In this document: positions 38,991-50,619 of the stretch, one piece after another
Numbering within the stretch: the stretch's first letter is position 1
Layout: every line of letters starts with the position of its first letter
From: an uncultured Alphaproteobacteria bacterium
GTDB lineage: Bacteria > Pseudomonadota > Alphaproteobacteria > Micropepsales > Micropepsaceae
DNA length: 64,000 bases
Direction of reading: 5' to 3'
Assembly: GCA_963710025.1 (NCBI GenBank)
Contig: CAVPYO010000021.1
Location: forward strand, 50,517-114,516
Notes under the pieces: generated by a model
Seen by the model: the letters and a program-made list of their open reading frames with translations, nothing else
Databases searched by the model: none
Told to the model about the DNA's origin: nothing
Translations under genes and position numbers: made by a program

Positions 38991-39581
38991 GTGCCCAAGA
39001 GGCAAAATTTGTCTAAACCGGAACATGGCCGATCGCAACGGATCGTCGGTATCGCAGCTGCCGCCGCGATCTGCATGGCCATTGCGCTCGCGCCCTCGGG
39101 GCGCGCGGCCGACCTTGTCGCACTGGCCGATCTTCAAGCCGCGACACGCTCGCTGGGTTTTCTCGACTCGCTCCAGAATCGCTCGACGATTTCAATCGGG
39201 GTCGTGTACGGCGCCGGCGTTCGCGACGGCAAAAATTCGGCCACTCAGACCGCCGGCGCCTTGAGCGCGATGGGCGGGCCGGGTTCCTCGACCATTCGCG
39301 CGAATATCGTGGCCGTCGACGAACTCGCGCAGAACGCCCAGCATTTCGACGTACTGTATCTTCTGCCCGGCGCCGCGGCCAACGGCGCCCTGATCGCAGA
39401 CGCCGTGCGGCGGCAGCACGTCGTGAGCATCTCAAGCGACCCCGCCTGTCTGGATGCCAAATGCTGCGTGTTGATGGTGCAAGCCGGTTCAAGCGTGAAC
39501 ATCGTTCTCGACACGGCTTTGGCCGATGCCGCCGGGGCTCACTTCTCTTCCGTATTTACGATGATGGTGAAACGCAGATGA
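38991..39581 (+). CDS. YfiR/HmsC-like (DUF4154) periplasmic protein
   Basis: Signal-like N-terminus, small alpha/beta periplasmic domain, C-terminal Cys cluster (DPACLDAKCC) and VNIVLD..A..AG..FSS pattern. ATGA overlap with the TBDR. Start uncertain. Confidence 0.65.
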   Translation: MPKRQNLSKPEHGRSQRIVGIAAAAAICMAIALAPSGRAADLVALADLQAATRSLGFLDSLQNRSTISIGVVYGAGVRDGKNSATQTAGALSAMGGPGSSTIRANIVAVDELAQNAQHFDVLYLLPGAAANGALIADAVRRQHVVSISSDPACLDAKCCVLMVQAGSSVNIVLDTALADAAGAHFSSVFTMMVKRR

Positions 39582-41620
39582 CCGTGGACACCCGTAACCG
39601 ATCCTACACACGACATCGTGTCCGCCCCTGGCTGTCGACAGGGCTGGCGATGGGCGCGGCCGCGTTCATAAATCTTTCGCCGGTTCGCGCGCAATCTATG
39701 GACTACGGTTCGCTCGAACAATTGTTCGGTGAACCGGTGACGACCAGCGCTACAGGTTCGCCGCAGCGCGCTACCGAAGTGCCGGTCAACATGATCATCG
39801 TCACGGCAGACGATATCCGCCGCTCGGGCGCGCGCGACATTCCCGGCGTTCTAAGTCACGTCGCCGGCGTAGACGTGATGCAATGGGCCAACGACGATGC
39901 CGACATCTCCATCCGCGGCTATAATCAGGCCTTCGCTTCCCGGACGCTGGTGCTGATCGACGGCCGCCAAGTCTATGCGGACTATTATGGCTTTATTCCC
40001 TGGAGCGCATTACCTGTCGAACTGAGCGCGATCCGCCAGATCGAGATCGTGAAAGGGCCCAACGCCGCGCTGTTCGGATTCAATGCCGTTGGCGGCGTGA
40101 TCAATATCATCACCTATAATCCCCGCTACGAGGACGTGAACACGGCATCGGCGCGCGCCGGCACGCAGGGGCTGGCGGAAGCTTCCGGCGTCGCCACGTT
40201 CAGATTGGGCTCGATTGGCGCCTTGCGCCTGTCGGGCGGGCTGCGATCGGACGATGAGTTCTCCACGCCGATCCCGTTGGCCATGACCGGTCCTCCGCGC
40301 ACCGCAAACGGGCGTTCCTCGCTTGATGCGGATGCGGTCATCGCCTTGGCCGATAACGTCGAACTCGGGATCGAGGCAAACCATAGCCACGTCCAGCAGA
40401 ACGATATGACGCCGGCCTACAATTTCGAGAACTCGAAGTTCGAGATGAATTCTCTAAAAGCACAGCTGAGTGCCGACAGCGGTATAGGGCTACTCAAATT
40501 CGCGGCCTACACCAACTGGATTTCGCAACATGCTGACGCAGCGGGGATCGGTGCCATCGCCTTCAATAACCAAATCACCGTCATACAAGGAGAAGATATT
40601 TTTAATCTCGGCACCGACCACACTTTGCGGGTGGCGCTCGAATATCGATACAATACGGTCAATACTACGCCCGTTTCCGGCGGCAAGATCTCCTACGATG
40701 TGATGGCCGCCTCGGCGATGTGGAATTGGCGCATTACGCCTGCCCTTTCACTGACAAACGCCCTTCGCGTTGACCGCCTTGTGCTCGATCGCAACGGTTC
40801 CGCCCCCGCCAACTACCCATTCGCGAATTCCGATTGGAACCGCATGTTGACGGAAATCAGCTTCAATAGCGGTCTGGTTTGGAAGGCAAGCGATATGGAC
40901 ACGCTGCGGCTTATCGCGAGCCGCGGCGTGCAACTGCCGAGCCTAGCCGCCCTTGGCGCCTTTCTCGTGAACCAGCCCTTCCTCCACCTGACGGGTACCC
41001 CGCTGCTCGGTGCGACGACGGTGACAAACTTCGAACTAGCCTGGGATCGCGATCTGCCGTCGCTCGCCGCAAGGCTGCGTGTCAGCCTTTTCCATCAGCA
41101 TACGGACGATCTCGTCGCGCAAGTCGGCGGAGTTATCCCGATCCCCGGCGGCATCTATGCGACGCCCGCTAATATCGGCGATTCAAACGCGGACGGATTG
41201 GAGATGAACGCAAGCGGCCGCTTCGACGAGGATTGGCGCTGGTCGCTGAGCTACCGCGCCGAATTCGTAATAGACCGTTTCTTTTCGTGGGGCGTGGGCG
41301 GAACGAATGACGCCGATTTCCAGCACACAACGCCCAAGCACGTCATAAAAACCGGCCTAGGGTGGACGCAAGGCGCATGGGAGGCCGATGTATATCTTGG
41401 CTATCAATCGAACACCCTCGGACTACAGCCGTCAGGATTTGGCAGCGAATTGGTGCCCGTCGGGGCGTACGTATCTCTCGACGGCCGTGTGGCCTATCGT
41501 CTGGCCGACTGGGCGACGATCGCGGTCTCCGGACAAAATCTGCTGCAGTCTCCCCAGCAACAGACTTCCGGCCCCGATGTGGAGCGGCGCGTATTCGCGA
41601 CACTGAGCGTGAACTACTGA
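39578..41620 (+). CDS. TonB-dependent receptor (short BtuB/CirA-like class)
   Basis: Plug motifs [30 protein letters not shown] and [25 protein letters not shown]; ends ...ATLSVNY. Confidence 0.88.
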   Translation: MTVDTRNRSYTRHRVRPWLSTGLAMGAAAFINLSPVRAQSMDYGSLEQLFGEPVTTSATGSPQRATEVPVNMIIVTADDIRRSGARDIPGVLSHVAGVDVMQWANDDADISIRGYNQAFASRTLVLIDGRQVYADYYGFIPWSALPVELSAIRQIEIVKGPNAALFGFNAVGGVINIITYNPRYEDVNTASARAGTQGLAEASGVATFRLGSIGALRLSGGLRSDDEFSTPIPLAMTGPPRTANGRSSLDADAVIALADNVELGIEANHSHVQQNDMTPAYNFENSKFEMNSLKAQLSADSGIGLLKFAAYTNWISQHADAAGIGAIAFNNQITVIQGEDIFNLGTDHTLRVALEYRYNTVNTTPVSGGKISYDVMAASAMWNWRITPALSLTNALRVDRLVLDRNGSAPANYPFANSDWNRMLTEISFNSGLVWKASDMDTLRLIASRGVQLPSLAALGAFLVNQPFLHLTGTPLLGATTVTNFELAWDRDLPSLAARLRVSLFHQHTDDLVAQVGGVIPIPGGIYATPANIGDSNADGLEMNASGRFDEDWRWSLSYRAEFVIDRFFSWGVGGTNDADFQHTTPKHVIKTGLGWTQGAWEADVYLGYQSNTLGLQPSGFGSELVPVGAYVSLDGRVAYRLADWATIAVSGQNLLQSPQQQTSGPDVERRVFATLSVNY

Positions 41621-41651
41621 CTTCGTAACGGGGCTCTTGGACTCAAAAACG

Positions 41652-44411
<2,760 letters not shown>

Positions 44412-44545
44412 CCTAGCGCCGTTTGCGGTACGAAGGTACTGAGGCCTGTCCGTTGATTTCGCGGGCGGCGATCCGTCTTGGTATTTCGCCGCGCCTGCTT
44501 CTGCTATCTTCGCGCAGCCGTCCGAACCAGCGAGCGAGGATTTCC

Positions 44546-45523
44546 GTGGCGCCTGCGATCATTCACATCGAGAAGCTAAGCAAGGTGTTCAGGGCGCGCG
44601 GCAAGGAACCGGTGGAGGCGGTGCGCGGGATCGATCTCGACATCGGGAAAGGCGAGGTTTTCGGGCTGCTCGGCCCGAACGGCGCCGGCAAGACGACGGC
44701 CATGCGCATTCTGTGTACGCTGTTGCTGCTGACGAGCGGAAAAGCCACGGTCGCCGGCTTCGATCTCGCGACCGAGGCCGCCGAAATCCGCAAGCGCATC
44801 GGCTATGTCGGGCAAAAGGGCGGCATGGAGCCGGTCGCGACCGGCCGCGAGAACTTGATGCTTCACGCGCAGCTCTATCGCATGAGCAAGGCCGATGCGA
44901 CGAAGCGTATCGACGCGCTGATCGACCGGCTCCAACTTTCGCATTTCGCCGACCGCAAGGCCCAAACTTATTCGGGCGGGCAACGGCGGATCTTCGATCT
45001 CGCTTCGGGCGTCGTCAATACGCCGGAACTGCTGTTCCTCGATGAGCCGACCACTGGCCTCGATCCGCAAAGCCGCTCGCGCATGTGGGAAGAGGTGAAG
45101 GCGCTGCACCAGCAGGGAACGACGATTTTTCTTACCACGCATTATCTCGAGGAGGCCGACGCGCTGTGCGACCGCGTCGCGATCGTCGATTTCGGCAAGA
45201 TTGTCGCCCTGGGCAGTCCCGCCGAGCTCAAGAAACAGATCGCCGGCGACATCATCACCCTCGGTTTCGAGACCGCGCGCGAGGTCGAAGCCGCTTGCGG
45301 CATGCTGAAAGCCAATCCGCTGATCCTGGAAATGCACGCGACCGAGGCCGTGCTGCAAGTCTATGTCGACAAGGGCGAAGAGGCGCTTCCGGCTTTATTC
45401 AAGTTGTTCGGTCAAGGCCATGTGCCTCCGAAAACCGTGCATCTCTCCCGGCCGTCGCTCGATGACGTGTTCTTGAAGCTCACCGGGCGAAGTCTCCGCG
45501 AATCGGAAACCATGCAGAACTAG
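44546..45523 (+). CDS. DrrA-like ABC exporter ATP-binding subunit
   Basis: GPNGAGKT, YSGGQ, LFLDEPTTGLD, TTHYLEEA; GAGGA RBS before GTG. Confidence 0.9.
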   Translation: MAPAIIHIEKLSKVFRARGKEPVEAVRGIDLDIGKGEVFGLLGPNGAGKTTAMRILCTLLLLTSGKATVAGFDLATEAAEIRKRIGYVGQKGGMEPVATGRENLMLHAQLYRMSKADATKRIDALIDRLQLSHFADRKAQTYSGGQRRIFDLASGVVNTPELLFLDEPTTGLDPQSRSRMWEEVKALHQQGTTIFLTTHYLEEADALCDRVAIVDFGKIVALGSPAELKKQIAGDIITLGFETAREVEAACGMLKANPLILEMHATEAVLQVYVDKGEEALPALFKLFGQGHVPPKTVHLSRPSLDDVFLKLTGRSLRESETMQN

Positions 45524-45534
45524 CGGGCAAGATC

Positions 45535-46287
45535 GTGCACGACATCTATCTCATCACGAAGAACGAGCTTTTGGTGACGGTTCGCAATCGCTTCTGGATC
45601 TTCTACGGCTTGTTCCAGCCGATCATCTATCTGCTGCTGTTCGGGCCGCTCCTGAACGGGGTGTCCGGCACGCGCGGGTTTCCGGGCAGCAGCGCGATTC
45701 GGTTCTTCGCCCCCGGACTTCTCATCATGAACGCGCTTTTCAGCGCCGGCTTCGAAGGCTTTACCCTGCAGGACAAGGTCGACTGCGGTTTCCTCGAGCG
45801 GCTCAGGGTCACGCCAATCAGCCGATTGTCGCTGGCGCTCGGCTTCCTCCTGCAATCCTCGATCACGCTCCTGTTTCAGAGCCTCGTCCTGATCGTCTGT
45901 TCGCTGTTCTTCGGTCTCCGGATCGACCCCTGGGGCGCCCTCGCGCTGGCGGTTCTCCTCGTCCTGATCGGCATCACCATGGCATCGCTCTCTTATTGCC
46001 TGGCCTTGCTCACCCGCGAGGGCGGGATTCTGGCCGGCATCACCAACACCTTCATCGTGCCGCTCCTCATCCTGTCCGGGGTCATGCTTCCGATCAGCTT
46101 CGGACCGCCGATCATTCAAACCCTGGCCAGGCTCGATCCGTTCTTTTACGCGGTCAACGCGGCAAGGGCGCTGATCGACGGCGCAATCGGCGACCCTTCT
46201 GTTCCACTTGCTTTCGGCGTCTTCATCGGCCTGTCCGCGGTGACCTTGACGCTGTTCATTCGCGCCATGCGCGAGGCGGTGGCGTAA
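45535..46287 (+). CDS. DrrB-like ABC-2 permease
   Basis: Six TM segments, LERLRVTPISR, LSGVMLP and DPFFYAVNAARAL. Confidence 0.88.
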   Translation: MHDIYLITKNELLVTVRNRFWIFYGLFQPIIYLLLFGPLLNGVSGTRGFPGSSAIRFFAPGLLIMNALFSAGFEGFTLQDKVDCGFLERLRVTPISRLSLALGFLLQSSITLLFQSLVLIVCSLFFGLRIDPWGALALAVLLVLIGITMASLSYCLALLTREGGILAGITNTFIVPLLILSGVMLPISFGPPIIQTLARLDPFFYAVNAARALIDGAIGDPSVPLAFGVFIGLSAVTLTLFIRAMREAVA

Positions 46288-46317
46288 AGCGTCGTCGCCG
46301 GTTCGTCCACGGCCGGT

Positions 46318-47517
46318 TTAGCGACTGTAGGGCGGCAGCAGATACCAGCGGCCATAGGGTCCGCGAACCAGGCGCGGACGCACCGGCGGTCCGTAGGAAT
46401 GGACCCAGTAGGCGCCAGGCCTGTAGGCATAGGGCACATAGGCACGGGGCGCGTTATAGGCATAGCGATAGGCGCTCTGAACATCGTTCGCGGCCCTGCC
46501 GTTGTCGGCGCCGTCGCGGTTGCCGGAATTATCGCCTGTGTTATCGCCATAGCCATCGTCGCCGCGGTCATAGGCGCGCGGCGGCTGTGGCACTGCATCG
46601 GCGTAACGAGAGGCATTACGGGGCGCAGCGTCACCGGCATCGGCATCGTCGCGCGCAGCGGGTCCATAACGGTCGAAATCAGCGCGCTCGTCGGTGTCGC
46701 GCTCGTAGGCCTCTCGGGTATTGGCATCACGCCGCGGCGAAACTGAAGGCAAAGCGCGATCCGGGCGCGGAGCCGAGGCGGGGGCGATGATGAGGGCGGA
46801 AGGAAGGCTATCCGGCAAAGCTTGGTGCAGTGCCGGCAGGCTAGGCGTCGCCTCCGCCACCTGGATGGCTTTCGGCGCGCCCAATGGCGCCGGAACCCCG
46901 GCATAGCGCTGCGGCGAAATTGGAGGCAAAGCGCGATTCAGGCGAGGAGCCGGTTTGGGGACGACGATAGAGGCCGAAGCCTGGCTATCCGGCAAAGCCA
47001 GGTGCCGCTCCGGCAGATTGGGCGTGGCGTCCGCTATCAGGGTCGTTTCCGGTGCGGCCGGCACGCAGCTCGTATAGCCGGTCTCTATAAGAGACGGCCG
47101 CTCCGACGCCAGCTCCGCCAGAGACCCTTTGCGTTTGAGCGCGACATCGAAGGCGACCTTGGCGCTGCGGCAAAACTGCGGATCGCGCAGGCTGCGCAGC
47201 GACGAGGCGTTCGCAAGCCTGGTCTTGTAGGCGTTGTAGCCGTCCGCGCCTTTATGAACGTCCTGCCGGAGGAAGAAATTCATCAGCGCCCGGTCGGATT
47301 CCAGCAACGCGCCTCGGTAGGAAGTCACGAAGCGGTTGTAATCGGCGGCGGCGTGGCAAGTGAGCGCCGCGACCATCAATTGCTGTTGGAGGGCGGCGGC
47401 CTGCAATGCCTTCATCTCCTGCGGCCGAGCACAACCTGCCGCGGCCCAGGCATTGCCGGCCAGAAGGGAAAGCGCGAGCGCGGCAACCCCCATCTTCAAT
47501 GCAAATTCCGTCTTCAC
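46318..47517 (-). CDS. Secreted hypothetical protein with Cys-containing N-terminal domain, two ~45-aa Pro-rich repeats and a D/G/Y-rich tail
   Basis: Signal peptide (ALALSLLAGNAWA), CARPQEMKALQAAALQQQLMVAALTC domain and internal repeats. GTG start at 47517. Confidence 0.7.
   Translation of the reverse strand: MKTEFALKMGVAALALSLLAGNAWAAAGCARPQEMKALQAAALQQQLMVAALTCHAAADYNRFVTSYRGALLESDRALMNFFLRQDVHKGADGYNAYKTRLANASSLRSLRDPQFCRSAKVAFDVALKRKGSLAELASERPSLIETGYTSCVPAAPETTLIADATPNLPERHLALPDSQASASIVVPKPAPRLNRALPPISPQRYAGVPAPLGAPKAIQVAEATPSLPALHQALPDSLPSALIIAPASAPRPDRALPSVSPRRDANTREAYERDTDERADFDRYGPAARDDADAGDAAPRNASRYADAVPQPPRAYDRGDDGYGDNTGDNSGNRDGADNGRAANDVQSAYRYAYNAPRAYVPYAYRPGAYWVHSYGPPVRPRLVRGPYGRWYLLPPYSR
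46724..47034 (-). repeat. Intragenic direct repeat, period 177 bp (59 aa)
   Basis: ADATPNLPERHLALPDSQ...RALPPISPQRYA versus AEATPSLPALHQALPDSL...RALPSVSPRRDA. The identical 16-mer GGCTATCCGGCAAAGC occurs at 46806 and 46983. Confidence 0.85.
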
Positions 47518-47952
47518 AGTTCGTCCTCCCACGGCGTGGGTTGCGCCACGCGAATTGTCGTACGGCAAAGGTGCCCTCGGTGCGGCTGCCGTCCTTGCGC
47601 GTGACCACGCCATGCCCATCGGGCTGATCGTTTTATTGTTGGCGGCTACCAGTGCATCGCAAGCACTTACGTCCACACAGATGAACCGCGGCTGAACGAA
47701 TTCGTTCGGCTTTTTCAGAAAAATCTAGGGGGACCGCTATCGGAAGCGTATTTCTTGCACCTTGAATGCATCCAGCCATGGAAAACTGCCGAAAAATGGC
47801 GCTCCGCCGAGCCGGTTCGGCGGAGCGCAGCAGCCGCCAAGTTCGCAGGTGCAGCAAACTGACGATGTGTCACGCCCCCCATAGAAATCGTGACTTCATG
47901 CGACAACGCACCCCTTTTTCTCGAAAAGTCGTGTCGCCGCGATTTCCAACAC

Positions 47953-47969
47953 AAATTGTCTGACTTAAT
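47953..47969. promoter_or_regulatory. Candidate FadR-type operator upstream of mutarotase
   Basis: AAATTGTC-T-GACTTAAT; the same motif occurs in three other ara promoter regions. Confidence 0.6.
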
Positions 47970-48030
47970 ATCCGCGTCCGCAGTGGCGCCAAGGAACGCG
48001 ACCGCTGACCAAGAGGAGGACTCTGACACC

Positions 48031-49182
48031 ATGCAAGGGATCGGTATTTCGCTGGCCGGGTTTGCCGGGATCGCACTCGCAGCGCTCACGACGGTAGGAT
48101 TTGCGAACGCAAAGGACGCTGTCCGCATCCAGAAAGCGCCGTTTGGACAGACGGCGGATGGACAGGCCATAGACGTCTACACGCTCACCAACAAGAACGG
48201 CCTCGAAGCTCGTATCATGACCTATGGCGCGACGGTCGTATCGCTGAAGACGCCCGACAAGAACGGCAAGCTGGAAGACATCTTGCTCGGGTTCGACAAG
48301 CTCGATCCCTATCTGGCCGGCGTGCCCTATTTTGGCGCCACCATCGGGCGCTATGGCAACCGGATCGCCAATGGTAGCTTTGTCTTGGATGGGATCACCT
48401 ATCAATTACCCAAAAACAACGGCCCCAACAGCCTGCATGGCGGTGACAAGGGGTTCGACAAGCGGGTGTGGAGCGCCGAGCCCGTCGAGACCAAGAAAGG
48501 CCCCGAGTTGCGGCTCACCTATGTCAGCGCCGACGGCGAGGAAGGCTATCCCGGAAAGCTCACGGTGCACGTCACCTATCAGCTGCGTAACGACAACGCG
48601 CTCGCTATCGATTACCAGGCGACCACCACAAAGCCGACGATCATTAACCTGACGAACCACAGCTATTTCAATCTCTCGGGCGACACGGAGCACCCCATCC
48701 TCGACGAGGTGCTGAAGATCAACGCCAACAAGTTCACGCCGGTCAATGCAACGCTGATCCCCACGGGCGTGTTGCAACCGGTAGCGGGGACGCCGTTCGA
48801 TTTTCGTAAGCCGACGGTTATCGGCGCACATATAGACGACAACAACGAGCAGATTCATTACGGCCCCGGCTATGACCACAATTGGGTGCTGGTGAAGCCG
48901 AAGCCTGGCGCGATGACGATCGCGGCGGTGCTCAGCGATCCGCTCAGCGGACGCGTGCTCACGGTGAAGACGACCGAGCCTGGACTGCAATTCTACTCGG
49001 GGAACTTCCTGGACGGCCTGCCGGCCGGCAAAGGCACGGTGTTCAAGCACCGCACGGGCCTCACCCTGGAGACGCAGCATTATCCAGACGCGCCCAACGA
49101 ACCGTCATTTCCCTCGACGACCCTTCGTCCGGGGCAGACCTACGTGTCGCACACCGTGTATGCCTTTAGTACGGTGAAATAA
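48031..49182 (+). CDS. galM: Aldose 1-epimerase (mutarotase) with signal peptide
   Basis: GATIGRYGNRI, NSLHGG, NLTNHSYFNL, GYDHNW, TTEPGLQFY, LETQHYPD; GAGGAGG RBS; hydrophobic N-terminus ending A-N-A. Confidence 0.93.
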   Translation: MQGIGISLAGFAGIALAALTTVGFANAKDAVRIQKAPFGQTADGQAIDVYTLTNKNGLEARIMTYGATVVSLKTPDKNGKLEDILLGFDKLDPYLAGVPYFGATIGRYGNRIANGSFVLDGITYQLPKNNGPNSLHGGDKGFDKRVWSAEPVETKKGPELRLTYVSADGEEGYPGKLTVHVTYQLRNDNALAIDYQATTTKPTIINLTNHSYFNLSGDTEHPILDEVLKINANKFTPVNATLIPTGVLQPVAGTPFDFRKPTVIGAHIDDNNEQIHYGPGYDHNWVLVKPKPGAMTIAAVLSDPLSGRVLTVKTTEPGLQFYSGNFLDGLPAGKGTVFKHRTGLTLETQHYPDAPNEPSFPSTTLRPGQTYVSHTVYAFSTVK

Positions 49183-49213
49183 GGCCGAAACGATCGACCG
49201 CATGGCGGCATAG

Positions 49214-49245
49214 AAACGGGAGCGATGCGTCGCTCCCGTTTTTTT
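49214..49245 (+). terminator. Intrinsic terminator between convergent galM and GH27
   Basis: AAACGGGAGCGA-TGCG-TCGCTCCCGTTT followed by a T run to 49245. Confidence 0.85.
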
Positions 49246-49251
49246 CGCGCA

Positions 49252-50619
49252 TTAAATGGGCGAAAGCCGATAGAGACCGGCGCCGTGGCAAGGGATTCTC
49301 GGCGCAAAATGTCCTTTTGCCGTGGCAATTGCGCGCCGCCGCCAAAGATCGCGCACGCGCACCGCGCCGCCGATTCCCAATTGCGAGAGCGCGATAGGCA
49401 CGCGCGCAGCCTTCGCGCCCGGGTCGCGCAAGTTGAAAAGCGCCACGTACATATCGCCGGTGCGCGCATCCTCGCCGGCCCAGGCCGCCAGCCCGTCTGC
49501 GCGGTAGACCTCGCGATTGTCGCGGCTTGCCTGATTGACCGCGAGCACCTCGTCGTTGGCAATCAGGGCGTAGGTCGCATCGTCGAGGCGCCTCAGATCC
49601 CCGCCCATGATTAGCGGCGAACGCGCAATCGACCACAGCGTGAGCAAGGTGGTCTGCTCGGCGGGCGTAAACCGCGTACGGCGCTTGCCCATTTCGAGCA
49701 GGCCCAGGGGCAGCATATCGGCGTCCGGCCAATTGCCGGACCGGCGATACGGATTCCAATTCTTCAGTCTGGCAAATTGTTCGAGCAAGGCCGGCCAAGT
49801 ATCCCAGAAATCGTCGCTGATGCGCCACATATTCGCGCGCTGCTGCACGTCGGCCGCCGCCGCCAGCGGCGTTTCGCCCGGCGACAGCGACAGGATCATT
49901 CCCCGTCCGCAGCGGTCGATCGCCGTACGGACCGCCGCGATCTCCGGCTCGTTGCGGAAATAAGGACGGCTCATATCGTCGGCCTTGACGAAGTCGACGG
50001 CCCAGGAGGCATACAGACGAAATACGGAGTCGTAATAGTCCTGCGCTCCTGGCTTCGACATATCGACACCGAACATGTCGGTATTCCAGGGACAGATATT
50101 CACCCGATCGGCAATATCCGCAGCGCGGAGATTCGTTCCCTGGATCGGCATATTGCCGTCGGCAGCCTGACGCGGCACGCCGCGCATCATATGGATGCCG
50201 AATTTCAACCCCAGGCCGTGTACGAAGTCAGCCAATGGTTTGAAACCCGCCCCGTTCGCCGCGGAAGGGAAACGGTTTGGAGCCGGCATCAACCTGCCCC
50301 ACTCGTCCATCGTCAACTGCGCGCCCTTGCGATAATCGTAGCTATTGGCGCCGGGTTCGTACCACTGAATATCGACGGTGAAGATGTTGTAGCCGTGCGG
50401 CAGTAGGCGCGCGGCCATGATTGCCGCATTGGCGCGCGCCTCGTCTTCGGTGATCGTTGGGCCGAAACTGTCCCAGGAGTTCCAGCCCATGGGCGGCGTT
50501 GGCGCAAGCCGGCGAAAATCCGCAAACGGCGTTTCGCCAGAACGCGCGATGGCGGGGCTCGCGAGAAGCCCCGCCAATACGCTGCGCCGCGAAAGGGCAA
50601 ACAACCCCTTGCGCATCAT
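49252..50619 (-). CDS. GH27 glycosidase (alpha-galactosidase/beta-L-arabinopyranosidase-like), Tat signal
   Basis: TPPMGWNSWD, VDIQW, DFVKADD, LSLSPG, WRISDDFWD and WPDADMLPLG. SRRSVL Tat motif; ATGA overlap with the GH51 stop. Confidence 0.88.
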   Translation of the reverse strand: MMRKGLFALSRRSVLAGLLASPAIARSGETPFADFRRLAPTPPMGWNSWDSFGPTITEDEARANAAIMAARLLPHGYNIFTVDIQWYEPGANSYDYRKGAQLTMDEWGRLMPAPNRFPSAANGAGFKPLADFVHGLGLKFGIHMMRGVPRQAADGNMPIQGTNLRAADIADRVNICPWNTDMFGVDMSKPGAQDYYDSVFRLYASWAVDFVKADDMSRPYFRNEPEIAAVRTAIDRCGRGMILSLSPGETPLAAAADVQQRANMWRISDDFWDTWPALLEQFARLKNWNPYRRSGNWPDADMLPLGLLEMGKRRTRFTPAEQTTLLTLWSIARSPLIMGGDLRRLDDATYALIANDEVLAVNQASRDNREVYRADGLAAWAGEDARTGDMYVALFNLRDPGAKAARVPIALSQLGIGGAVRVRDLWRRRAIATAKGHFAPRIPCHGAGLYRLSPI

